DNA of 64,000 nucleotides from Candidatus Omnitrophota bacterium (GTDB lineage Bacteria; Omnitrophota; Gorgyraeia; Zapsychrales; Zapsychraceae): NCBI GenBank assembly GCA_020632515.1, contig JACKFK010000006.1, positions 75,876 to 139,875 of the forward strand, read 5' to 3'. Shown piece by piece: positions 39,846 to 49,164 of this stretch (position 1 is its first letter; each line of letters starts with the position of its first letter). The notes under the pieces were generated by a model. It saw only the letters and a program-made list of their open reading frames with translations, ran no database searches and was not told where the DNA came from. The position numbers and the translations under genes were made by a program.

Positions 39846-41680
39846 ATGAACAAAAACCAACGTATATTTTAGGGATTTCCGCATTTTATCATGACAGCGC
39901 AGCTGCTCTTGTAAAAGACGGTGAAATTGTTGCGGCGGCGCAAGAAGAGCGGTTTACGCGTAAGAAACATGATTTTAATTTCCCACATCATGCTATTGAA
40001 TATTGTTTAAAAGAGGCAGGAATTGAAGCAAAAGATTTAACGTATGTCGGGTTTTATGACAAACCGTTTTTAAAATTTGAAAGGCTTTTATTAACTTACC
40101 TTACATATGCCCCTGTAGGTATCCAATCGTTTATCAAGGCCATGCCTTTATGGTTAAAAGAGAAAATCTTTTTAAAGGATTTAATTTATAAGGAATTAAA
40201 AAATCAATATGATGGGGATATTATTTTTCCGGAACATCATGAATCCCATGGCGCGTCCGCGTTTTATCCGTCGCCATTTGAGCAAGCCGCGTTTCTTACA
40301 TTAGATGGAGTTGGAGAATGGGCGACAACAAGTTTTGGCGTTGGCAAAGATAATGAAATGGATATTTTAGGGGAAATTTACTTTCCTCACTCTTTGGGGT
40401 TATTATATTCCGCGTTCACGTATTACACGGGGTTTCGTGTAAATTCTGGAGAATACAAATTGATGGGATTGGCGCCTTACGGTGAACCTAAGTATGTTGA
40501 TCTTATTAAGAATCATTTAATTGATATTAAAGAAGACGGTTCATTTAAATTGGATTTGAGTTACTTTAATTATTGCGCCGGTTTGACTATGACCAATAAT
40601 AAGTTTCACAGATTGTTTGGTTGGCAGCCAAGAAAACCGGAGAGTCAGATTACTCAACGGGATATGGATATCGCGCGTTCCATCCAGGTTGTTACGGAAG
40701 AAGTTATGTTAAAGCTCGCAAACTATGTGCATGATATGACAGGGCAGGAAAATTTATGTTTGGCGGGAGGGGTAGCTTTAAACTGTGTAGGTAATGGGGT
40801 TATTTTACGTGAAAGCAAATTTAAAAAAATATGGATACAGCCTGCAGCAGGCGATGCTGGAGGAGCATTAGGGGTCGCGCTTTATACTTGGTATCGTTAT
40901 TTAAATAATCCTCGGCGGGTTAATAATGTTGATGATTTGCAAAAAGGATCTTATTTGGGGCCAAATTTTTCTAAAGCAGAAATAGAAGAGTTGATTAAGA
41001 ATGAAGAAGCTGTTTTTGAGAAGTATGATGATCAGGAGTTGCCAAAACGAATTGCGCAGATTATTAATGATCAGAATGTGGTCGGTCTTTTTCAGGGGAG
41101 AATGGAATTTGGTCCGCGGGCGTTGGGTGCGCGCAGTATTATCGGCGATGCGCGCAGTACTGAAATGCAGACGGTTATGAATCTAAAAATTAAATTTCGT
41201 GAATCTTTTCGACCATTTGCCCCGAGTGTTATGGAGGAACATGTTTCAAAATATTTTGAACATAACTGTGAAAGTCCTTACATGCTATTGGTGGCCCAAG
41301 TAAAAGAAGATATCATTAAGCAAGAATCGCGCAATACGACAGCTGAAGGGATTGAGAAGTTAAAAATTAAGCGTTCTGATTTGCCTGCGATAACACACGT
41401 GGATTATTCTGCTAGAATTCAGACAGTGTCGGAAAAAACAAATCCTATGTATTATAATATTATTAAAGAGTTTTATAATTTATCCGGATCGCCAGTCATT
41501 ATAAACACATCATTTAATATTCGGGGGGAACCTATTGTGGGAACACCGCATGATGCGTATCGGTGTTTTATGTGTACAGATATGGATTATTTGGTGATTA
41601 ATAACTATATTTTTGATAAGAAAAAACAACCGAATAAGAATAAATATAAAAAAGAAGACATTACTCAAATATTAGATTAA
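39842..41680 (+). CDS. NodU/CmcH-family carbamoyltransferase
   Basis: 612 aa. N-terminal [36 protein letters not shown] and C-terminal [12 protein letters not shown]. Confidence 0.85.
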
Positions 41681-41718
41681 ACAAAATTAGGTAAGGTAAG
41701 TAAGGTAGTTAAAAGAAT

Positions 41719-42258
41719 ATGAAATTAAAAGGTAAACAAAAAATTGGATTGGTTTTAGCTGGAATGTTTTTAGTGTGGGGGATTCTGCATTATCAGCATC
41801 ATGGTCTTATGGCGATTAATGTTGTTTTGTTTACCATTGCTGCATTTTTTATTTTGGTAAATTTGTGTGCTGATCATCTGCTTGTGTTTGGTTATGGATT
41901 GCCAGTTATTCTTCTTTGTGTCGGGACTTTGCATTGTATTAAACATGGGGAATCTGGTGTTTTTACTAAAATCGCTTATGCATTAGCTGGTATAGTTTTC
42001 TTAATTTCTTTATTTAATCGTCAAGGGTTGGAATTTATTTATAAATACTGGATGAAAGTTGCGCATTTTATCGGCGATACAATTACAGCTATATTAATGA
42101 TGATCATGTTTTATTTAGTATTTACACCGATTGGAATATTCCTGCGGCTGACAGGAAAAGATCTCTTAGATAGGAAGATTGATAAGACTATTCAAAGTTA
42201 TTGGAAGCTTAGAGAAAAAACGCCTTTTGATAAAGAGCGTTGCACAAAACAATTTTAA
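41719..42258 (+). CDS. SxtJ-like polytopic membrane protein
   Basis: 179 aa, multi-TM. The C-terminal half (FYLVFTPIGIFLRLTGKDLLDRK...SYW) matches my recollection of the SxtJ family. Sits directly after a carbamoyltransferase. Confidence 0.5.
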   Translation: MKLKGKQKIGLVLAGMFLVWGILHYQHHGLMAINVVLFTIAAFFILVNLCADHLLVFGYGLPVILLCVGTLHCIKHGESGVFTKIAYALAGIVFLISLFNRQGLEFIYKYWMKVAHFIGDTITAILMMIMFYLVFTPIGIFLRLTGKDLLDRKIDKTIQSYWKLREKTPFDKERCTKQF

Positions 42259-42272
42259 AAGAGGTGAATATT

Positions 42273-42431
42273 ATGTCGAAAGCATCTATTTTTAAAGAAT
42301 TTTGGGATTTCTTAAAAACGAGTAAGCGGTATTGGCTAGCGCCCATTATTATCATAATGGTACTTTTAAGTTTGCTTATTGTTTTTACTCAAAGTTCAGC
42401 AGTTGCCCCATTTATTTATACATTATTTTAG
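42273..42431 (+). CDS. DUF5989-like small membrane protein
   Basis: 52 aa from the ATG after GAGGTG. ...FLKTSKRYWLAPIIIIMVLLSLLIVFTQSSAVAPFIYTLF, with the conserved APFIYTLF end. The track start at 42240 was rejected. Confidence 0.55.
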   Translation: MSKASIFKEFWDFLKTSKRYWLAPIIIIMVLLSLLIVFTQSSAVAPFIYTLF

Positions 42432-42573
42432 TTTTTAGAATAGCATTGCTTTTTTCAGAAGGTTTTATAACTTTTTAAAAAAAAGTAGGAACCTATTTAA
42501 GTTTTCGCTATACTACACCTGCAAATTATTAGGAATTTTAACTTACTGCATTAAAATACATTCATACAAAATC

Positions 42574-43188
42574 ATGCAACTTACCAAAAAAGATATTGAG
42601 AATTTTGAAAAAGAGATCGCTGAGATTTTTTCTCAAGGAAAAATCCGTGCACCCGTGCATTTAAGAGCTGGGCGGGAAGATCAGCTTATTAAAATTTTTC
42701 AAGAATACAATATTGGAGATGATGATTATATTTATGGATATTGGGATTCTCATGAATTAGCCTTGCTGAAGGGGGTTCCTCGTGAAGAGTTAAAACAAGC
42801 TATTTTAGATGGAAAAAGTATTTCGTTGTGTTTTCCAAAATATAAAATATTGTGTTCCGGAATCGTGGGTAGTCTGATGGGAACCGCGGTTGGAACAGCT
42901 TGGGCATTGAAGACGCAGCGGAAACCCGGACGGGTTTTTATATTTTGTGGCGATATGTCGGCTGAAACGGGAGTTTTTCATGAATCGGTCAAATACGCTC
43001 ATAATTTTGATTTGCCGGTAACCTTTGTGGTTTGTGATAATGGCGTGAGTGTGATGACAGACACCCGGGAAACTTGGGGTAGTCAAGAGCCGTGGTTTGC
43101 AGATACAAAATACGCTGCTAAGATTATTTATTTTAAATATAAGAATGAATATCCGCATTCAGGATTAGGAAAATTAATTAAATTTTAA
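42574..43188 (+). CDS. Truncated E1-alpha-like thiamine-diphosphate enzyme subunit (PP domain only)
   Basis: 204 aa. ThDP-binding motif GDMSAETGVFHESVKYAHNFDLPVTFVVCDNG (GD-X~27-DNG). N-terminus is E1-alpha-like. Confidence 0.7.
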   Translation: MQLTKKDIENFEKEIAEIFSQGKIRAPVHLRAGREDQLIKIFQEYNIGDDDYIYGYWDSHELALLKGVPREELKQAILDGKSISLCFPKYKILCSGIVGSLMGTAVGTAWALKTQRKPGRVFIFCGDMSAETGVFHESVKYAHNFDLPVTFVVCDNGVSVMTDTRETWGSQEPWFADTKYAAKIIYFKYKNEYPHSGLGKLIKF

Positions 43189-43195
43189 ACTACTT

Positions 43196-43732
43196 ATGAA
43201 ATACTTTGATGAACTAAAAAGAACAATGGAATGGTTATCTCAGCAAGACAACACCTTGTTTGTCGGTCAGACTGTTGCTGGCCCGGGAACATTTATGTTT
43301 CAAACGCTGCGTGATTTGCCGAAAGAGAAAACATTGGAGATGCCGATCAATGAAAGTTTTCAGATGCAGTTTACCATTGGGCTAGCATTAGCAGGGTATA
43401 CACCGATATCTGTTTATCCTCGTCAGAATTTTTTACTTTTGGCAACAGCCGATATGGTTAATATGTTGGATAAGATTCCAGCCATTAGTGATAATCAGGT
43501 ATTGCCACGCATTATTATTCGTGTGGCAGCAGGACCGTATGAGCCTGTTCATCCTGGCCATCAGCATGTGGGCAATTATGCGGAAGGTTTTCGTAAGATG
43601 TTCAGTTGGATTGATGTGGTGGAGCTGGAAGAACCGCAGGATATTTTTCCAGCCTATGAACATGCTTATACACGCAAAGATCAAAAAGCAACGCTCATCA
43701 TTGAGCATGGCAATTATTATAACGCGAAATAA
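43196..43732 (+). CDS. Truncated E1-beta-like ThDP enzyme subunit (Pyr domain only)
   Basis: 178 aa. ...EMPINESFQMQFTIGLALAGYTP... resembles the E1-beta/transketolase Pyr domain. The usual C-terminal domain is absent. Confidence 0.6.
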   Translation: MKYFDELKRTMEWLSQQDNTLFVGQTVAGPGTFMFQTLRDLPKEKTLEMPINESFQMQFTIGLALAGYTPISVYPRQNFLLLATADMVNMLDKIPAISDNQVLPRIIIRVAAGPYEPVHPGHQHVGNYAEGFRKMFSWIDVVELEEPQDIFPAYEHAYTRKDQKATLIIEHGNYYNAK

Positions 43733-43767
43733 TTTAAATTTTTTTTCATCATGAAGGAGTTTAGCGC

Positions 43768-44715
43768 ATGCGTATTTTAATCACCGGTGGGGCTGGATAT
43801 TTAGGCGCAGTCATTACCCCTGTTTTTCTGCGAGAAGGACATGAAGTAACGGTTTTAGATACTTTTATGTACAATCAAAGTTCTTTGTTAGATTGCTGTC
43901 ACTATCCGCAATTAAAGGTTATCCGTGGCGATACTCGAGATAAGAATCTTATAGCACAACTTATGAAAGAATGTGACGCCGTTTTTCCCTTAGCCTGTTT
44001 AACCGGAGCGCCGTTATGTGACCGGCAACCACAGGATGCTGAAGAAATTGTTGTGAATGCGTTAAAAATGATATTAGGTTTACGCAGTAAAGATCAAATA
44101 ATTATTTATCCAACCACGAATAGCGGTTATGGAGTTGGCGAAAAGGGGAAGTTTTGTACGGAAGAAACTCCTTTGCGTCCAATTTCATTATACGGTCGCA
44201 TTAAAGTGCAGGCAGAACAAATGGTTCTTGATGCGGGTAACGCTGTCACGTTGCGTTTGGCCACAGCCTTCGGTGTTTCTCCACGGATGCGTCTCGATCT
44301 TTTAGTTAACGATTTTACTTTTCGAGCTGTATTTGAACATCGATTAGAGCTATTTGAAGCGCATTTTAAGCGTAATTTTATTCACGTACGTGATGTAGCG
44401 AAAGCCTTTTTGCATATGGTGAATAATTTTGACAAAGTAAAGGATCAAACTTATAATGTAGGCCTGAGCGACGCTAATTTAAGTAAATTAGAATTGTGTC
44501 AGGAAATAAAGAAGTTTATTCCTGATTTGGAGATTATTGAATCCAATCAAGGGGAAGATCCTGATAAGCGCGATTATATTGTCAGTAATGAAAAAATTGA
44601 AAGTACCGGATATAAACCAGATGTTTCACTTTCCGATGGTATTCAAGAACTTATTAAATGTTTCCGTGTGATTGATTATCGAAAGTCGATCGAATCACGT
44701 TTAACAAATGTTTAG
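43768..44715 (+). CDS. NAD-dependent sugar epimerase/reductase (extended SDR)
   Basis: ITGGAGYLG and catalytic YGRIK. Confidence 0.8.
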   Translation: MRILITGGAGYLGAVITPVFLREGHEVTVLDTFMYNQSSLLDCCHYPQLKVIRGDTRDKNLIAQLMKECDAVFPLACLTGAPLCDRQPQDAEEIVVNALKMILGLRSKDQIIIYPTTNSGYGVGEKGKFCTEETPLRPISLYGRIKVQAEQMVLDAGNAVTLRLATAFGVSPRMRLDLLVNDFTFRAVFEHRLELFEAHFKRNFIHVRDVAKAFLHMVNNFDKVKDQTYNVGLSDANLSKLELCQEIKKFIPDLEIIESNQGEDPDKRDYIVSNEKIESTGYKPDVSLSDGIQELIKCFRVIDYRKSIESRLTNV

Positions 44716-44724
44716 ACAGTCATA

Positions 44725-46236
44725 ATGAACTCATTAGACATCCTTTTTGTCCATCCCAATGCTTCCCAGAAAATATATCAAGATTTAAGTAAAGATTTCT
44801 CCACCATCGAACCACCGATATGGGCAGGTATGCTTATGGCGCATTGTTTAATGAAAGGGTTTCGTGCCGAAATTCTTGATTGCGAAGCGCTGCATTTGAA
44901 TGATGATACCGCCCTGGTTCAGATTAAAAAATCAAATCCTCGCGTGACATGTTTTGTCGTTTATGGGCAGCAGCCATCTGCGAGTTCGCAAAATATGGAA
45001 GGCGCGGTTTCTTTAGCTGAGAAAGTTAAAGATGTTTGTGGTGATACAACGATTGTTTTTGTTGGTGGACATGTCAGCGCGTTGTCTAAAGAAGTCATGG
45101 AAAATCATCCGTTTATCGATATGGTTTGCCAGAATGAAGGTGTCTATACGATATCTAATTTATTACAATCAAACTTAAAAGATAAATTATCGCAGATTAA
45201 GGGATTAGGATACCGCGACGGAACGAGTATTGTTTTAAATCCTCCGTCACCGATCGTGGCTAAGGAAGATCTTCCTCGAGAGCTTCCTGGCATTCCCTGG
45301 GATCACCTGCCGATGGATCGATATCGGACAGCGCTTTGGCATGCGTTGCCGAATAATTCTCAGCGGCAGCCGTATACAGCTTTATACACGAGCTTAGGTT
45401 GTCCGATGAGATGTTCTTTTTGTATGATTAACATTATTAATCGGCAGGAGAATGAATATTCTGACGGTAGCGCAGTTTTTCGTTATTGGGAACCGGATTT
45501 TATTATTAAAGAATTTGATAAATTTGCTGAATTGGGCATAAAGAATATTAAGATTGCCGATGAATTATTTGTATTGAACGCGAATCATTTTATGAAATTA
45601 TGCGATCTAATTATTGAACGTGGATATCAATTTAATATTTGGTGTTACTCGCGGATTGATACGGTTAAGGAGAAATATTTAGAAACTTTGAAAAAGGCGG
45701 GAGTTAACTATTTGGCGTTAGGCATCGAAAGTGGAAATACGAAAGTTCGTAAAGATGTCACTAAAGGGCGATTTGAGGAGGTGGACATTCGTGATATTGT
45801 AAGAAAAATCCGAGAACATGGGATTAATGTTGCGGCCAATTATATATTTGGTTTACCAGAAGATGACTATGAAAGCATGCAGCAAACATTAGATTTGGCG
45901 TTGGAAATGAATACAGAAATGGCAAATTTCTATTCAGCTATGGCGTACCCAGGCAGTCCATTATATGGACAAGCAAAGAAAGAAGGTTGGAAACTGCCAT
46001 CGACGTATGCGGGATATTCGCAGCATTCTTATTACACGCAGCCGTTACCGACGAAATATTTAACCGCGGAACAAGTCTTAGCCTTTCGTGATGAAGCTTG
46101 GATGAAATATCATACGAATCCGAATTTTTTAAATTTATTAAAAGAAAAATTCGGTCAGACCGCTGTAGATGAAACTCTGAAATCAACGAAAATAAAATTA
46201 AGACGTAAGATTTTAGAGGAACAAACTGTCACATGA
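44725..46236 (+). CDS. B12-binding-domain radical SAM enzyme
   Basis: 503 aa. N-terminal cobalamin-binding-like domain, then the CPMRCSFC (CxxxCxxC) cluster motif. Confidence 0.8.
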   Translation: MNSLDILFVHPNASQKIYQDLSKDFSTIEPPIWAGMLMAHCLMKGFRAEILDCEALHLNDDTALVQIKKSNPRVTCFVVYGQQPSASSQNMEGAVSLAEKVKDVCGDTTIVFVGGHVSALSKEVMENHPFIDMVCQNEGVYTISNLLQSNLKDKLSQIKGLGYRDGTSIVLNPPSPIVAKEDLPRELPGIPWDHLPMDRYRTALWHALPNNSQRQPYTALYTSLGCPMRCSFCMINIINRQENEYSDGSAVFRYWEPDFIIKEFDKFAELGIKNIKIADELFVLNANHFMKLCDLIIERGYQFNIWCYSRIDTVKEKYLETLKKAGVNYLALGIESGNTKVRKDVTKGRFEEVDIRDIVRKIREHGINVAANYIFGLPEDDYESMQQTLDLALEMNTEMANFYSAMAYPGSPLYGQAKKEGWKLPSTYAGYSQHSYYTQPLPTKYLTAEQVLAFRDEAWMKYHTNPNFLNLLKEKFGQTAVDETLKSTKIKLRRKILEEQTVT

Positions 46237-47231
46237 TTATCAGTCGAACACCATTTCGTATTTCATTTTTTGGAGGGGGTACGGATTATCCGAAATGGTT
46301 TGAAAATAATAAAGGAGCAGTTTTAGCAACTACCATTAATAAGTATTGTTATATTACCTGCCGTTATTTGCCTCCTTTTTTTAAACATCGTTCGCGCATC
46401 ATCTATTCCAAAATGGAACATGTTCAAGGGATTAATGATATAGACCATCCTTCTGTGAGAGAAGTTTTACGATTTTTAAAAATTCGCCAAGGGGTTGAAA
46501 TCCATCATGATGGAGATCTTCCCGCCCGGACAGGGTTAGGATCAAGTTCTTCTTTTACGGTAGGTCTTCTTAATGGTTTGTACGCGTTAATCGGCGAGAT
46601 GCCAGACAAAGAACGTCTGGCCAAGGAAGCGATTTTTATAGAGCAAGAGCGGTGTAAAGAAAATGTTGGATGTCAGGATCAAATGCTGGCCGCTTATGGT
46701 GGATTTAATTTTATAGAATTCGGAGGGAAAGATCATCTGCAAGTCCGCCGGATTACTTTGCCCGCGCCTCGCATTAAAAGTCTCCAAAATCATCTTATGT
46801 TATATTTTACCGGTTTTTCCAGAACAGCCTCTGAAATCGCGGCGCATCAGATTAAAAATATTCCTGATAAAGAAAAGGAATTAACGGCGATGTATGAAAT
46901 GGCTTCACATGCGTTAGATCTTTTAAAAAAAGATGAACTCACTAAATTTGGAAAATTATTACATGAGAGCTGGCAGTTTAAGCGGCAATTATCGGATAAG
47001 GTTTCAACACCGGAGATTGATCAAATTTACACGACGGCAATGGAAAATGGCGCATATGGTGGCAAATTATTAGGAGCAGGCGGCGGTGGATTTATTTTAA
47101 TTTTTGCCCCGCCAAAAGCGCAGAAAAAAATAAAAGAAAAATTTAAGAAACTCCTTTTAGTCCCGTTTAATTTTGAAAACTTGGGAAGTCAGATTATCTT
47201 TTATCATCCTAACGGCGGGAAAGAAGAATAA
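46233..47231 (+). CDS. GHMP-family sugar kinase (D-glycero-D-manno-heptose 7-phosphate kinase HddA-like)
   Basis: RTPFRISFFGGGTDYP, GLGSSSSF and GAGGGGF motifs. Confidence 0.7.
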   Translation: MIISRTPFRISFFGGGTDYPKWFENNKGAVLATTINKYCYITCRYLPPFFKHRSRIIYSKMEHVQGINDIDHPSVREVLRFLKIRQGVEIHHDGDLPARTGLGSSSSFTVGLLNGLYALIGEMPDKERLAKEAIFIEQERCKENVGCQDQMLAAYGGFNFIEFGGKDHLQVRRITLPAPRIKSLQNHLMLYFTGFSRTASEIAAHQIKNIPDKEKELTAMYEMASHALDLLKKDELTKFGKLLHESWQFKRQLSDKVSTPEIDQIYTTAMENGAYGGKLLGAGGGGFILIFAPPKAQKKIKEKFKKLLLVPFNFENLGSQIIFYHPNGGKEE

Positions 47232-47249
47232 TCGTATTTATTAATTAAG

Positions 47250-47972
47250 ATGAGAGATCTTTCTGGGATTGATGCTGTTGTGCTTTGTGGTGGCCGCGGG
47301 ACGCGTCTGGAAAATGTTGAAAAGAATTTGCCTAAAGCTCTTGTCCAAATTAATGGAACCCCATTTTTAGAAATCCTTCTTAAATTTTTTAAACGACAGT
47401 CTCTACGACGGGTTATTCTTTGTGTCGGATATAAAGCGGAAAGCATTGAAGCGTTTATTGAGAGAGATAACTTTGGGCTGGATATTCTTTTATCCAGAGA
47501 GGAAAAGGCTTTGGGAACGGCGGGAGCGTTAACCCATGCTAAAAGTTTAATCAAAAGTGATCCGTTTTTTGTTTTTAATGGAGATTCTTTATGTGCCGCG
47601 GAATTAGCAGTTCATTTGGATTTTCATTGTCTGAAAAAAGCATTGGCGTCTATCGAGGTTTCAGAAGTAACGGACCATCAAGATTTTGGGACCATTGAAA
47701 TTAACGCCCAACAAAAAATCACATGTTTTAAAGAAAAAGGCCAAAGTTCGACGTCAAATGCGCTGGTAAACGCCGGGATTTATTGTTTTGATCAGAAGAT
47801 ATTTTCTTATATACCAAATCAATTTCCGGTTTCTTTAGAATACGATGTTTTTCCAAAGATTATTCAGAAGCAATTTTATGGATTTGCGATAAAAACACCT
47901 TTTTTTGATATCGGTACTCCGCAGCGATATCAAGATGCGCAAGAAAAGCTGAAAGGCTTTCTTAATGAATAA
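47250..47972 (+). CDS. Sugar-1-phosphate nucleotidyltransferase (HddC-like)
   Basis: LCGGRGTRL...PKAL signature, 240 aa. Immediately follows the GHMP kinase. Confidence 0.7.
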   Translation: MRDLSGIDAVVLCGGRGTRLENVEKNLPKALVQINGTPFLEILLKFFKRQSLRRVILCVGYKAESIEAFIERDNFGLDILLSREEKALGTAGALTHAKSLIKSDPFFVFNGDSLCAAELAVHLDFHCLKKALASIEVSEVTDHQDFGTIEINAQQKITCFKEKGQSSTSNALVNAGIYCFDQKIFSYIPNQFPVSLEYDVFPKIIQKQFYGFAIKTPFFDIGTPQRYQDAQEKLKGFLNE

Positions 47973-49164
47973 AAAGCAGAAACAGGCTGTTTTATTTCTT
48001 ATATTTGTGATCTTTATCGGGAATATTGTTCGTTATTCTCATCGATCGGAAAAAAGAGCTTACGCTGATTTTCGTGTTTATTACGCGACAGCAGAACGTT
48101 TTATACAAAAAGAAAATATTTACGCGCGCCCGGATGAATCGATCACCCCTTATAAATATTCACCGATGTTCGCGATGATTATGGCCCCATTAGGATTTTT
48201 GTCGCAAAAACAGGCAAGCCTAGTTTTTTTTACGATTAATTTTGTGGCGATTATCGCGATTTTGATGTTAGCAAAACGGTTTTTTCAAATACAAGATTTT
48301 GATTTTAAACAGACGAGTATTTTATATTTTCTGTCCATTTTATTTACATCACGTTTTATTTTGTTAGTAACGGATTCAGGACAGGTTGGATTGTTAATAT
48401 TGCTCCTGGTGATCGGAAGTTTATATTTATTGTGGAAGGATAAGCCTTTATCCGCTGCGTTGTGTTTGGCGGTATCTATTATGATTAAATATATGCCGAT
48501 AATTTTTCTTCCTTATTTTTTAATTAAGAAGAAATACAAATTTGTTGCGGCCACGGTTTTATTTCTTATTTTATTTTCTTTTGTTCCAGCAGTATACGTT
48601 GGATTCGACGTGAATTTAGCATATTTGAAGAATTGGCTGCCGTTTATTTCTGACGCGTCTTTTGATCAAGGGTCGTGGTTTGATACAAAGAACCAATCAA
48701 TTTATTCGTTATTTTTACGTATATTAACGGGGATTTCAGGGGCAATGAGTTTTCAATACATGTTGTTGATCGGAATATTCTTTGGAGCGTGTATTTATCT
48801 CAGTGCTGTTGCGCCTTTATCAAAAGGAGAGAATAGTTATTTTATTGAATGTTCAATTCTTATGGTGTGTTTGGCGTTATTTAACCCTAACGCTTGGATG
48901 CATAATTATGTTGTATTAGTATTCGCCTATATGTTGTTTATTTATTATCATATGAAAACAAAATTTCAGGATAAAATTGGCTTGGGGCTAATGATCCTTT
49001 CATTTGTTTTAACCAGCTGGGTTAGTGAAACAATGATTGGCGAGAAAGGGGAAGAGTTTTTTGAGATGTATTCCAATGTGACAATAGGAGCTCTCATTTT
49101 GGTTGTTGCTCTTCTGCGGATAAAATATAATAAATTTTTATTAGAAAGGTTTGTATATTCATGA
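47965..49164 (+). CDS. Polytopic membrane glycosyltransferase (DUF2029/GT87-like)
   Basis: 399 aa with about 10 TM. N-terminal loop ...DFRVYY.....YKYSP..A is typical of GT-C-like DUF2029 proteins (recall). Confidence 0.5.
   Translation: MNKKQKQAVLFLIFVIFIGNIVRYSHRSEKRAYADFRVYYATAERFIQKENIYARPDESITPYKYSPMFAMIMAPLGFLSQKQASLVFFTINFVAIIAILMLAKRFFQIQDFDFKQTSILYFLSILFTSRFILLVTDSGQVGLLILLLVIGSLYLLWKDKPLSAALCLAVSIMIKYMPIIFLPYFLIKKKYKFVAATVLFLILFSFVPAVYVGFDVNLAYLKNWLPFISDASFDQGSWFDTKNQSIYSLFLRILTGISGAMSFQYMLLIGIFFGACIYLSAVAPLSKGENSYFIECSILMVCLALFNPNAWMHNYVVLVFAYMLFIYYHMKTKFQDKIGLGLMILSFVLTSWVSETMIGEKGEEFFEMYSNVTIGALILVVALLRIKYNKFLLERFVYS

Noticed and set aside
42240..42272. Upstream start for the DUF5989-like ORF, and similarly the 51454 start for the putative GT
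   Set aside because: The downstream ATGs (42273 after GAGGTG; 51481 giving MKISGF...) fit RBS spacing and family N-termini better. The upstream starts overlap the preceding gene or a structured spacer.
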